Positions 39,293 to 52,384 of a stretch of 64,000 nucleotides of DNA are shown piece after piece (position 1 is the first letter of the stretch; the number at the start of each line of letters is the position of its first letter). The stretch is from Octopus vulgaris (lineage: Eukaryota): NCBI GenBank assembly GCA_951406725.2, contig OX597816.1, forward strand, positions 179,490,001 to 179,554,000, written 5' to 3'. The notes beneath the pieces were generated by a model. That model saw nothing but the letters and a program-made list of their open reading frames with translations. It made no database searches and was not told where the DNA came from. A program made the translations under genes and the position numbers.

Positions 39293-40799
39293 TATGTATA
39301 TATATCTTTATATAATATACATATATCATTATTATTATTATCATTATTTTTTATTTATATATATATATAAATAAAATATATGTATATATATAATATAACT
39401 ATATATGATATATATCTTTATATAGTGTACATATATCATCATCATTATTATTATTATATATATTTCTATGTGTGTGTGTTTGTGTGTAAGTTTGTATGTA
39501 TGTATGTGCATGTCTGTGTATTTCTTTGAGTTTTTTTTTTTCCGAAATCTTTTACTCATTTCAGCCTGAAAACATTGGCTATAATGAGGTAGCACCATCA
39601 TCAGTCATGCTACAACTTAGTTTCTGTTGGTAGTATCTGGTGTGTCAATGAATTCTCTTTCTTTTATATGTACTTTTTTCACGGATCTTGGGCAGTTAAA
39701 CTCTTAGTATTGCTTCAATATGTCGTAATACACATCCATGGTGCTCCCAAAAGTATTTTGGCAAGATATAGAAAACTTGTAGACTTTTATAAACTAATCC
39801 TTTAGCAGAACCTGGTCTTAACTCTAGGTGAAGAACTTTGGTACTATGCAGCAAAACATACTTTGTGGATTGAAATAGATCTGAACAAAGTTTGATGTCA
39901 CTTCTTTCAGTATCTTACACACACACACACGCATATAGTGTGTGTGTGTGTGTATATATATATATATGTAGACATGTGTATGTGAATATTATATATATAT
40001 ATATATATTGTTGTTGTGACCCCTTTTGGTCATGAATGACCATGGGATTGCACCTAGAAAGTCACCCTCCGAGGCACAAGTCCAGATATATACACATATA
40101 TCTTATACATATACATTTATATATATACACATACACACAAACATGCATACATATTGTACACTCATATGGTGGCTGCCCCCTCGTTATCGAGTATGGCCAT
40201 TGCACAAAGCTTAATCAATGTTGTTATCATGCAATGCCTGTGCAAGATTTTTTTTTTAAGTGAGGAAAGGCTGTGCACTGAGTCAATCCCACTCACTAAG
40301 CAACAGGCAGCCATAATCCGAAAAGAAGAACAAGTCAACATCATCGGTAACCACTGAGTTGCAGGTTTTATGTTGGAGTTATCCCAGTTACCTGAGTTAC
40401 CTTCTCCTAGAAGGATGCCCTAACAAGGGCTAGGGGTCTTTCACTCCCAATGGTTTAACCCCGCGATCGGGTATTCAGTTCGATTATTTCTATGTCCCCA
40501 CGCATGATACAGCCTTAAGACATTTATTGGATGGCTGTTGACTCTCAAGAGTTCCTCTGCCCTTTGACGGGTTTTGTTTTTCATCCCACAGAGTGTCCAA
40601 TAAACACCCTCCTCACCAAGCAAGCTTGGTGGGGTTGCCGGTTTAGTCGCCGACGACCCGACCATGCAACAGGTTGTACCGGGTTACATGTTACCAGTTG
40701 CACTCATATACATACATACACACACATCATTATTTAAAACTCACCTTTCTAAGCTTTCTCTTCCAATATTTCATATTATGAATTGAGTGAGTCTTTCTG

Positions 40800-41320
40800 A
40801 ATTTGGGTTTTACAGTCAGTTTGATATCATAGGTAATGATAGCTGGGAGAAATAACTGAGGTGACAGAACAAATGTCTTCCATGAGATTAACAGGGTTTT
40901 CTGGTTCTGTTGTAAATATTTTCAGAGCCCACCCTGCCAATCATCTGAGTATAATGTATCACAGACTGTGACTTTGGAATTGCAAACAGTATTGGTCCTG
41001 TGTGTCCTGGCTGCAGTATAATAAAAGGCTGATAGCAAAGTGCTTCAAAATTTCCAGCATTAAGCTGCATATTTCCCCCAGCTGACTTGGATATTGCACT
41101 GAGACCTATCTGGAGGTTTTTTTTAATATCATTGAGACTTTTGCTTGCCATTGATATTTTTGTATCACCATAATAGCTAGAATGAGTAGATAACTGAAAG
41201 AATATTTGAGAGAATGCAATAATCGTTCTTCTCTGAGCTACTCTATGTAAAATTATTGTATCTTTTGAAACGGAATTGTTGTTTGCAATAGATTGACTTC
41301 TGTCTCTCAAATAGCAGTCA
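40800..41320 (-). mobile_element. CR1-like LINE reverse transcriptase remnant
   Basis: YYGDTKI...LQ.GL..I....NMQLN, a degenerate YADDTK motif. Confidence 0.6.
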
Positions 41321-41607
41321 TGCAGTCTCCATCTTTTATTTTAACATCCACTTTTCCATGGGTCGAACTGAATTTATTGTGGTGGATTTTCCATCACTTG
41401 ATGCTCTTCCTGTTGCCAACCATCACCTTTTAGTAAGGTAATATTTCCCCTGGCATATTTCAGAGAATATTGGGAATGAAGGTCACTATTTGCACTATGG
41501 TGATACATGTTTACTACATATCCATGTGTGTGTTACTCTCTCCTTACTATGATAGTGTGCAATCGTAGTAAATATATATGTAGTATATATATATATGAGG
41601 GTGCAAA

Positions 41608-41820
41608 GGCGGCGAGCTGGCAGAAACGTTAGCATGCCGGGCGAAATGCGTAGCCATATTTCGTCAGCCGTTACATTCTGAGTTCAAATTCCGCAGAGGT
41701 CGACTTTGCCTTTCATCCTTTCGGGGTCGATAAATAAAGTACCAGTTTCGCACTGGGGTCTATGTAATTGACTTAATCCCTTTGTCTGTCCTTGTTTGGC
41801 CCCTTGTGGGTAGTAAAGAA
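41608..41820 (+). mobile_element. tRNA-derived SINE family B; other copies at about 10830-11030, 11605-11815, 11890-12100, 20000-20205, 28181-28395, 46217, 48893, 49546
   Basis: GGCGAGCTGGCAGAA...GAGTTCAAATTCC...GTCGACTTTGCCTTTCATCC. Confidence 0.85.
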
Positions 41821-42861
41821 ATATATATGAGGGTGCATGACCTAGTGGTTACAGTGTTGCACTCATGATTGTGAGATCATGATTTCATTTCCTGGACTGG
41901 GTAGCATGTTGTGTTCTTCAGGAAAACAACTTCATCTCACTTCGCTCTCTGATCATTTCTACTCCTGATGTATGGTATACTATACACCTGTTTAGAGAAT
42001 GTTGATTTGATGGAGAGAGTGAAATAATGCACAGCGCAAACATGTAAACATATAATTTCTGCAGTTTTGTTCAGCAAGAAATTGCTAAACTGTCTTAGTC
42101 ATCATATGAATATATTCATGGTAAGATCTATATATGCATGTGCTTGTTTGTACTTGCGTGTATCTAAATGTATATTGATATACATTTATTTGTGTGTATG
42201 CATTTTCATATATGTATATGTATATTTATGTATTTATATGTATATCTGCATGTAATCAAACATTTGTGTGTATATAAATATAAATGTATATTTATATACA
42301 CATACATGCATGTATAAATACACACAGACATACATATAAATACACACATATATATATATAAATATACACCAGAAAACTTCAAGTATGATATCCATTTTTT
42401 CATCAAACTTAGGAGTAAATCTGGGGCGTGTATGATATATACCATTACACTGGAAAGTTTTTCTTCTGCTATTTTCATTTAGAAAAATCTGTAAATGAAA
42501 TAAAATTTCATTAATTTTTAGATAAATTTTTCATTGTAAATGTGTCAATATTTTATAGTTTGCAATTGGTTTAGAGGATTCTTAATGTGAAGTTATAATA
42601 TTTTTTTTATATAAAAAGAAATAAGAAATAATATATCGGATTATGTGGAGGCGCAATGGCCCAGTGGTTAGGGCAGCGGACTTGCGGTCGGAGGATCTCG
42701 GTTTCGATTCCCAGACCGGGCGTTGTGTGTGTTTATTGAGCGAAAACACCTAAAAGCTCCACGAGGCTCCGGCAGGGGATGGTGGTGATCCCTGCTGTAC
42801 CCTTTCACCACTCTAAAGGCGGTGCTCCAGTATGGCCGCAGTCAAATGACTGAAACAAGTA

Positions 42862-42896
<35 letters not shown>

Positions 42897-43019
42897 AGGA
42901 ATAGCAGTTGTGCAACACTGTGTATCACATTTATTACAGTAATAAACACACACCCTCACATGTGCGCAGACACACAGGTGCACACTCACGTACACACACA
43001 CACACACAAACATGCATAT

Positions 43020-43365
43020 GTGTGCACACACGTGTATATATATATGTGTGTGTGTGTGTGTGTATTTATATGTATTTGTTTTATGTGTATATATATATAT
43101 ATATATATGTGTGTGTATATATATGTGTGTGTGTGTATATATTTATATATATATATTTGTTTTCTGTATATATATTTATGTAAGTGTGTGTATGTATATA
43201 TATATGCGTGTGTGTATATATATATGTATGTGTGTATATATATATATGTGTGTGTGTATATATTTATATATATATTTGTTTTCTGTATATATATTTATGT
43301 AAGTGTGTGTATGTATATATATATGCGTGTGTGTATATATATATGTATGTGTGTGTGTGTGTGTG
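43020..43365. repeat. Compound (TA)/(TG) microsatellite with an internal duplication of about 120 bp; other microsatellites at 3213-3414, 12102-12190, 15485-15612, 38348-38530, 55131-55190, 59645-59708
   Basis: Seen directly in the sequence. Confidence 0.9.
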
Positions 43366-45658
43366 TGGCTCTGTGGTAAGTAGCTTGCTCACCAACCGAA
43401 TGGTTCTGGGTTCAGTCCCACTGCATGACACTTTGGGCAAGTGTCTTCTACTGTAGCCTCGGGCTGACCAAAGCCTTGTGAGTGGATTTGCTAGACGGAA
43501 ACTGAAAGAAGCCTGTTGTATATGTTTGTGTGTCTGTGATTGTCCCTCCTACTATTGCTTGACAATTGATGGTGGTGTATTTATTATCCAACAACTACCA
43601 ATCAATTTTGCTAAAACATTCTGTAACAAATATTTACTTTCTGTGTGGGAATATAATTTTCCATCAGAAGTATATTCGTGTATGTAGAATGAATGAGATG
43701 TGTGTGTTTTATTAGGAATAAATAGCCAAACAACTTCCTTTGTCATTTTTGAATAAGACAAATATATATAAATTAGTGACGGTTTTGTAATTGGACATTT
43801 TATACATGTAAAAGCTAATTCTCCTCAGTCAGAGATCGACTGAATCTGAGTATTGATTATATTTTTGAAATACATTGATTTTTATATATATAAATGTCTT
43901 CCTAATTGAAATTATATTGTCACTGTTTTTATTGCTTATATACTTAAACCTTCAATATCGATTTCTTACATAGGCACAAGGTCACACATATTTTGTGGGG
44001 AGGGAACACTCAATTACATTGATCCAGTACTTGACTGGCATTTATTTTTTCGACCCCGGAAGAATGAAAGCCAAAGCCAATCAGAGATTTGAATTCAGAA
44101 TCTAAAGGGACACAGCTAGACTACAAAGCGTATCGGTCCCATACTCTTACTATTCTACCAATCCAGAGCCTTTTAAATTTTTTTTGATATCAGTCAATCA
44201 ATGAATCAATAAATCAATCAATATATAAAATCTGTTTACGATACTTTTTCCAGCCTTCAGTGGAATCTGTGAAGTATGTCTCTGGCAACTCAGCCTCTAT
44301 TTACCAACTTGGTATTGATATGTCCTCTCTGGCAATGCTGTCACAGTCATTCCTGTGGAGCACCCCACTTGTTCTGGAAAATGTGGCCCATCGCCCCACT
44401 CTATATTCCGCTGCTTACCTCCCCCCACCACCATTTTTTCCCTTTTCTTTCTCTTCTTTCTTTTTGTATGTGTGAATCTTCCAAATTTAACACTTCCAAT
44501 ATACCTCAGAACCTAACGTGAAAAGGCACAAAAGAAGGGAAACAACTCTGTATCAACCCTCACACAGAAAAGGAATAACTTTATATCATTAAATTTTCAA
44601 AATAAGTTTACCACTCACTTCACACATAACCGATTGTATCTCTTTCAAATAATTAACCCTTTCAATGACAAATTCAGAATCAATTGAAAATTACTTTTGA
44701 ATAGTTCTAGCATGATATAAGCCTTTTCAGTGCTGACTTGAAGTGAATGTATGTTTTGGCAATGTTTTGCTAGCCTAGTCTAATCTTCAACACAAAGGTA
44801 CTCAATCAATGACTAAAAACAGCTCATCAAAATTCAAAGTGTTTGGCATGTCTGTATAGCGGCGGCTGTCGTTGGCTGTTCAAGTGCCTGTTGTTAAATG
44901 GAAAAACTGTATGAATCACAATAAGACATTTTTGTGTATAAATATATTGTTTATTCTGTGTTCACCTTTTGTGGTGGAAGCATGGAGGATGATACAAAAA
45001 CATGTGTGTTTGCATACAAAGAAAGTTTTGATTTTTGCTTTTGCACTGAATAAGTTACATATAATATTTGTATTACAGTATGTAATGAAAACAGTCATTA
45101 TGAGAATGTGTGTGTGATAAAATATCTTCATTTACAAACCATATATCTTGTGTCAAGGGGAATAGACATGTGAGTTGCGCGTGGAGCTGCAGAGAAGACA
45201 TGTGTCTCTGACTAAAGCCTGGCAAGAACTGAGAGTTTCGAATGTGTAGCTCAGAACGAGGCTACTGTATCAAAGTGAGGCTGTGCAGGTTGACTCACAT
45301 ATTACTATGTAATATGTAGCTCTGCTACATCAGTTATAGTCAAGTATTAGCATATCAGTGTTTTTTGATGACCATCCCATCCTTTTGGTCACCATGCTGT
45401 CCTAAGATTTACGTCTTACAACATATGATGTGAAGATAAATATCATGGGTCTTCCAGCAATGATGTTAAATATCTGCCAAAAATAAAATTGTCTTTTTCC
45501 TTCTGCAAGTCACATGACCTCAATATCTGATGAAAAATAATTTGAAACATGACTTCCTCAACAAAAGATAAATGAGTATATAAATAAAGCTATTTGCAGT
45601 TAAGGACAATGAAATTTTGAGTGGATATATCTGATTTCTGCAGTAAAAGATGAGTTAA

Positions 45659-45878
45659 CCCTTTCGTTACTGTATTTATTTTGAGATGATCTGTGTTTCT
45701 TTCAATTATTTTAAATATAACAAAGAATTTAGTAAAATAACTTAGTTATCATTCAGTTAGTGTTAGGAACGTAAATTTTGACTAAGGATTGGTGGAATAT
45801 TTTAATTTAAAACTTATGAAAACAAGACATTTTACCACAGAGCAAGAGCCGGTTTTGGCCGGGTTAGTAACAAAAGGG
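45659..45878. mobile_element. piggyBac-type MITE
   Basis: TTAA|CCCTTTCGTTAC...GTAACAAAAGGG|TTAA. Confidence 0.8.
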
Positions 45879-45971
45879 TTAAAGAAGGCTGGAAGTTTGC
45901 TAAAGGAGATGCAGTTGTTACATTTAATGTAATGTTGGCTATGTAGAGTTTGTGGGAGTCCCTTGAGAAAA

Positions 45972-46078
45972 TGACAATGGGGGTTAGGCTTAACAACATA
46001 AGAACTCATCACCATCATCGTTTAACATCCGTTGATGGTTATGAGTTCTTATGTTGTTAAGCCTAACCCCCATTGTCA
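45972..46078. repeat. Perfect 38-bp inverted repeat with an RTE tail sequence in the loop
   Basis: TGACAATGGGGGTTAGGCTTAACAACATAAGAACTCAT / ATGAGTTCTTATGTTGTTAAGCCTAACCCCCATTGTCA. Confidence 0.9.
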
Positions 46079-47155
46079 GTTTCTACTGTGTATTCATTTT
46101 GATTAGAGGAAAAGTAGTTACATAAATTTGGTTCTTTGAGATTACTGATTGAGACTGAAGTGATTGGAATTAGACTCAAATGGTGTGGTTGTTTTATCAA
46201 TATCAAGACATGCTTTAAGGTGGTGAGCTGGCAGAATCGTTAGTATGCTGGGATCGACTTTTGTCCTTTCAGGGTTGATAAGGTAAGTACCTGTTGAGCA
46301 CTGGGGTCAATGTCTTAGATTTATCCATCCCCCCAAATTGCTGTCCTTGTGTCAAAATTGGAAAGCAATACAAAGACACACTTAAATTTATTATTTATTA
46401 GAAGAAGTGCAATAGAATGGAGATAGTAGTGATTGTCAATTGAAGAATTATACTGCTATAAAAGCAATATAGTGAATTTTTTATTTGAAAAATAGTTTAT
46501 TTTGCTAGCTTGTTTAAAAATAATCTTCTTTACTTTCCTACATTTTTATTACAGTAAATTCCAACATACAAATCAATGTAGTTTATAGTGTAAACATTTA
46601 AACATCATCACTATCTTTCCAAATCCTGTTGTATTTTACATAGAAATTTTGGTTCTCCAAAGTGGTCTTGGTGTAAGTTGACCACCTGCCTTATTTTGGT
46701 TGTAAATTTTGGTTGGGAGAATTTGTCTTGTATGCTGGAGAATATGGTAGTTAAATTTTTTTTCATGACTTTAGATGAATTTTTTTATAGCTAGGGCTGT
46801 GTGGTTAAGAAGCATCCTTTGAAGCTATGTGGTTTGGGGTTCAGTCCCACTGCATGGCCTCTTGAATAAGTATCTTGTACTATATCTCTATGCTGACCAA
46901 TGTGTTGTGAGTGAACTTCATAGACAGAAACTCTGAGGAAGTCCTTTGTGTGTGTGCGTGTGTATTGAACTACTGTTCTCTCTCTAGGAATTTGTTGCTC
47001 TATAACTCATGTGGGTGGAAGGGGAAGAATGCAAAGCCTCATTTGTACTTTTTGAATTTGTTAGTACTATCGGTCGAAGATGGTTTGTCTGGGATTACTC
47101 ATATCAGACGGGTATGTTCGATTTTTAGTGCTCTCAAATTTAAACCTAACAAAAT

Positions 47156-47239
47156 CTTGGGCTGATGACGGAAATGTTGATAGGAGTATGTATTTCTAGC
47201 ATCTCTTTATCCAACTAATCCAGAAACGGTGTTCTCAGG
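47156..47239 (+). ncRNA. Hammerhead motif with long stem II
   Basis: CTTGGG-CTGATGA-c-GGA..GTTGATAGGAG..CTCTTTATCCAAC..TCC-a-GAAAC-GGT-GTT-CTCAGG; intact core. Confidence 0.55.
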
Positions 47240-47450
47240 TAATCTTATATACATGTGATCTTTCGTTATTTTTCCCTCTATACCTACGTGAATTATTTTT
47301 GAGTATACATTGTCTGGGAGACTTTTCTTATAGTAGAAGAAATAGCTAAAATTTTTTGGCTGTTATTTCTAAAAGTTCGGTGTGTGGTAAAGTTTTTTTT
47401 TTTACTGAACCCTAATTATATAATGTAATATGTATATATAAATATATATA

Positions 47451-48037
47451 CTAGCAGCTAAGCGCGTTTTCACCTGGTCGGTTTGGATGATGTAGCTATA
47501 AAACCTGCTCTGTGTAAGCATTCAACTTGTTTGGACATGCTTACATTAAAAAACAATTTTAGAATGACTTTTTTTCTGTCAAAATGCTAAAAATAATTGA
47601 CCAACAACAAAAAAAAAGCAACCAAGATTCAACCAAATCAAAAAATAAACCGAAATACTAAGTGAACAAAGATGAACCATCCCACTTCCATTGCATATGC
47701 GCACACATTCACATAACCCCCCTTTTACATACACATATATTCACACAAAGTTGAAACATTGTTTGATTTATTTTTTTCAGTGTGCACCACCAAGCATGAC
47801 ATCACTCCTTCCTCCCTTATTCGGCTATCACTCCTTCCTTTCTCATTCATAAACACAAGAGTATTATTATAGTAGATTATCTCGGTAACCATGGAAACTA
47901 TGAAAAAATACAAAGCCCAGCATCAACACTGGATCATTCTACACATCTGTGTAATTTTTTGCGCAATTCCACCCAGCCATTTGACCGTGAATCCCAAGAC
48001 AAGAAAGAATCACCCATGTCAAATTTATATGTATATA

Positions 48038-48040
<3 letters not shown>
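47451..48040 (-). mobile_element. Helitron-like element; related fragment at about 58125-58195
   Basis: A|CTAGCAG terminus; shares TATAGTAGATTATCTCGG.AACCAT with 58131. Confidence 0.5.
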
Positions 48041-48069
<29 letters not shown>

Positions 48070-49949
48070 GGTGAAGGTGCAGGCATAGCTGTGTGGTAAG
48101 AAGCATACATCCCAACCACATGGTTCTGGGTTCAGTCCCACTGTGCACCACCTTGGGCAAGTGTCTTCTACTACGGCCTTGGGCCGGCCAAAGCCTTATG
48201 AGTGGATTTGGCAGATGGAAACTGAAAGAAGCCCGTCATATATATGTATATGTATACATCTATGTATCTGTGTTTGTCATCCCATCACTGCTCGATAACC
48301 AGTGTTGGTGTGTGTGTCTCCTGTAACTTAGTGGTTTGGCAAAAGAGACTGATAGAATAAGTACTAGGTCTTAATAAACAAGACCTGGGGTTGATCTATT
48401 TCGGCTAAAACCCTTCAAGGCCATGCTCCAGCATGGCTACAGTCAAATGACTGAATATATAAATGTACATGCATGTGTGGTGTGTTTTGTATTTATATTT
48501 GCATGTCTTTGTGCTATGTTTATCTCAACCACCAACCCACCACCACCATTGCTTGACAACAGGTGTTGATTTGTTTATGTCCCTGTGGTTCGGTAAAAGT
48601 AACTAATACTATAAGTATCAGAAATAAAAAATAAGTACCAACTCAATTTGGTTCAGTCCCACTGCATGGCCTCTTGAGTAAGTATCTTGTACTATATCTC
48701 TATACTGACCAATGTGTTGTGAGTGAACTTCATAGACAGAAACTCTGAGGAAGTCCTTTGTGTATGTGTGTGCATGTGTATACATATGCCCTTCAAGGCA
48801 ATGTCCTAGCATGGCTGCAGTCCAATGACTGAAACAAGTAAAAGATAAAAGATGCTTCATTTTTCTATTAACACATCTCTCCATACAGAAGCTGGTGAGC
48901 TGACAGAATCATTAGCAAGCCGGGCAAAATGTTTAGCTGCATTTCGTCCTTCTTTATGTTTTGAGTTGAAATTCCTCCAAGGTTGACTTTGGCTTTCATT
49001 CTTTTGGGGTCAATAAAATAAGCATCAGTTGAGAACTGGGGATGATGGCCAAAATTTGAAACCAATATATTTCGCTATAGGATTTACTTTCATGTATATT
49101 TTTACTTCTATATTCATTTTCATTCACTTTCAGTTGTTCGTTTTCAACTTTAATTTCATTTGTCGTAACCAACTGATTCTCCAAACTGATTCCCTTACCT
49201 TGCTGTAACAAGCAATGGATTCCAAAAACTCAGTTTCCTTTTCTTATCTCATTGCTTGCACCTGTTCTTAATCAGTCTGATTAAGAATCTGTCTTACATA
49301 TACAAACTTGAAATAATGATCAATGGAATCACATATCACTTTGACAACAACATAGATTACAGGGTAGTCAGAGCGGTGTGTGAGGTGTTTGTAAAATGGA
49401 TTAGGTCAGTATATTCAAGAAGAGTGAACTTAATGCTGAGGCTTTTTACATTCGTTGTTTTTAATATATTCTTTTTGGCTTCTTGAATAGATTGTAGTTT
49501 AAGGATGGTTTAGTGTAAATGATAATAATATGAAATATTAACTAAGGTGGTGAGCTAGTAGAATTGTTAACATGCCAGGCAAAATGCTTGGTGGCATTTC
49601 GCCCATCTTCATGTTGTTCTAAGTTCAGATTCTGCCAAGTTCAGCTTTGTCTTTCATCCCTTTGGGGTCAATAAAATATGCACCAGTTAAGCATTGAATC
49701 AATTTAATTGACTTAATCCCTCCCCAAATTTGCTGGCAAAATTTGAAACCAATAAAATATGTTAACTCAACTGATATGGACCAGTGCATTAGAAGAACTT
49801 ATTTTATGAAGCCTGGAGTAATATGAGATAATTTCAACAACTTCTGAACATATTTGTAGGTAGAAACTTGAGGAATATACAAAAATACATCTAGTCTACT
49901 TCTTTATCATGTTGTTTTTTTTGTTATTATGGCTGGGTTTCAACCTGAG

Positions 49950-50580
49950 CCACAGCAACAAAGTCTACCTGCCCCACTTGTCAGTCCATTATTACTGCCT
50001 TGAGATCCTAGATACATTCCAGGCCAATGTTTGCAATCAAGTTGTCAATGTAAGTGGGACGACCTTTTCTTTTTACATCACCATGAAGTGGGTTCCCCAG
50101 CACTAATTTGGATGTTAACAATTCAGGGCAGTGCATGCAGTGATCCAGATAGTCGCAGTAGTCTTTGCCTGATCTTCTCACAAGCTTTCACAGGCCTCCA
50201 TAAAGGCATTCATTTATATCTTGCTGCCATTTCACATTTAGCACCATTCATAGCATCCTTATGTAACATCCATTTAGCACATTTGATCATTTCTTTGTCG
50301 GTGTCCATATTTCACTGCCATATAATAGCACTGATCTGACAGTTATAATGAACAGATTGATTTTGATTTGCCTGGGACATTTGGAGTTCCAGACCTTCTT
50401 TAGTTTGTGATAGGTTGTCCTTGCCTTCCTGATCTTGATGTCTGCTTCCAAAATGCTCACCCAAACATTTAAGTGCTTGAAGTTTTCAGCAACATACAAA
50501 TTGGAACCACTCAGCAAAAACAGTTCAGCATCACTTGATTGGCTGAAAGGCATGCATTCTGTTTTCTTAACATTTGCAAA
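49950..50580 (-). mobile_element. Decayed RTE-like LINE fragment
   Basis: FKHL...DIKIRKA...KINLF...VRSVLLYGSEIWT. Confidence 0.7.
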
Positions 50581-51299
50581 GGATCATTCAGTTTATGACT
50601 TTGAGTGAAATATTGGACAATGCGGTGAGGTTTCCTGACTTTGGGATTGGTATGAAGTCAATCTCAGACCATCTCCGAATCCTCATGAAGCAGCGGAATA
50701 TATCCCAGATCCGACAGCTAATGCAACAGATGAGATCATAATAAAACTGAAATATGTCTACTCCTGATATTGCTGAAGAATCAAAATATCTTTGTAGTTT
50801 AGGAGATTATTATAAAGTCTGTATTGCAATTGTTTTCAAACACACACACACACGTATTGATATTTATATATAATAATTACTACATGAAATTGCTTATTGT
50901 TGAAATATAATGCTCCTATGTTAGACAAAGACCTCTAGAAAAACAAAAAATATAAAAAATAGAGCTCTTTCAAGATTTATGATAATATTAAAGCTTTAAA
51001 GTTTGTATAATAGCACTCACCTCTTTTATAATTCTCTAGTTTCCTATGATTTTCACTGCTCGTTCAATAGCTTAATTGTGCCAGCCATGAAAATAAGCTG
51101 TACCAAACAAGAAATTCATTTTTCAGGTTACAATTGTCATCTTAGAGAGTTGTTTCATGAATGCTGCACAATGGACCACTCAGCTACTATAACACACCAC
51201 ATGTTATCATCTCATCTTTTCAAAAGTCATTTTCAGTATTATCATTAATGGATATTCTGGAGTTTCAAACACTTTGTCAATGCAATATATGTACGAAGT

Positions 51300-51720
51300 C
51301 ATAAACTAATCTATTGGAATGAGGAAGGGAGTGTCACTGAAACTGAAGGGAGGTGTATGATGCATGCATGAAAATATTATTACTATGGTTAATGGGGTTG
51401 AGACATGGGTAATGAAATTGGAATGGTTCAATGGATGAGTGGAGTAAGATTGAGGTGAGGTGGAGGTAAGATAACTAATTGCAGAAAATGATGGGAACAC
51501 AGTGATGAATATTGTGAAGAGAAATGGGATGAAGTGGTTGGGTCATGTGCTGAGAAAGGATGAAAGTGACTGGGTAAGAAGAGAGATGGTAACAAATGTG
51601 GAAGGAAGAAGGGGAAAACCAAGAATGATAGAAGAGAAGATGAAGGTAAGAGGATTGAGAGAAAAATTATGTTGAGGACAGGTCAAACTATATATGTCAC
51701 AGGGATCCACAAGGCTAAGC
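51300..51720 (+). mobile_element. Decayed RTE-like LINE 3' fragment
   Basis: Translates as MKWLGHVLRKDESDWVRR...VEGRRGKPR. Confidence 0.65.
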
Positions 51721-52384
51721 AAGGAAAAGGGCCTTAAAATGCTTGTATTGTATTGAATTAATATAGCTTTTTCATCTGCAATAGTTGGTTCAATCTCTGT
51801 AAATAAGCATGGTAACCAGAACAATTAATTATATCAGAATATGTCTGAAACCAAGTCATTATGTGGTCGACACATGTTGGGTCTATGTTCTAAGAGAACA
51901 TAGAATCTGAAGTAGACTTCAAAGGTGAAAAAAAAATTATGAACATTTGCTGTTGCAATTATGAAAATTATTTTAATTATATTGATTGACAATTACAGTC
52001 AAACAATAACTTTACTTTTATAGATGGCTGTTGCTAAGAAATAACATAATGGTTGAGAAAATATAGCAATTCTTTAAACCTGTGATTATCTTTCCATTTC
52101 ATTTCTATCAAAGTGTGAAAATATATTGCATTTAAAAACATATAATTATCACCAAATTGCCTTTTGGCATAATTTCAGATTATTTGTAAAACTGTATTAG
52201 GTGCAGGTTTGATTTTGTGGTGAGAAGCTTGCTTTTCAACTATATGGTTCTGGCTCCAGTTCTACAGTGTATCACCTCAGGCAAGTGTCTTCTATTATAG
52301 CCCTGGGCCAATCATAACCTTGTGAGTGGATTTGCAAGATGGAAACTGAAAGAGCCCTGTTGTGTGTGCAATGTGTGTGTGACC

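Noticed and set aside
42647-42722. tRNA-like sequence
   Set aside because: Continues into a SINE body shared with 53905-54402; no complete cloverleaf seen.
42822-43456. ORFs up to 185 aa rich in Y/I/C/V/M (also 3139-3541, 15407-15820, 19613-19859)
   Set aside because: Translations of (TA)n/(TG)n/(TATG)n microsatellites.
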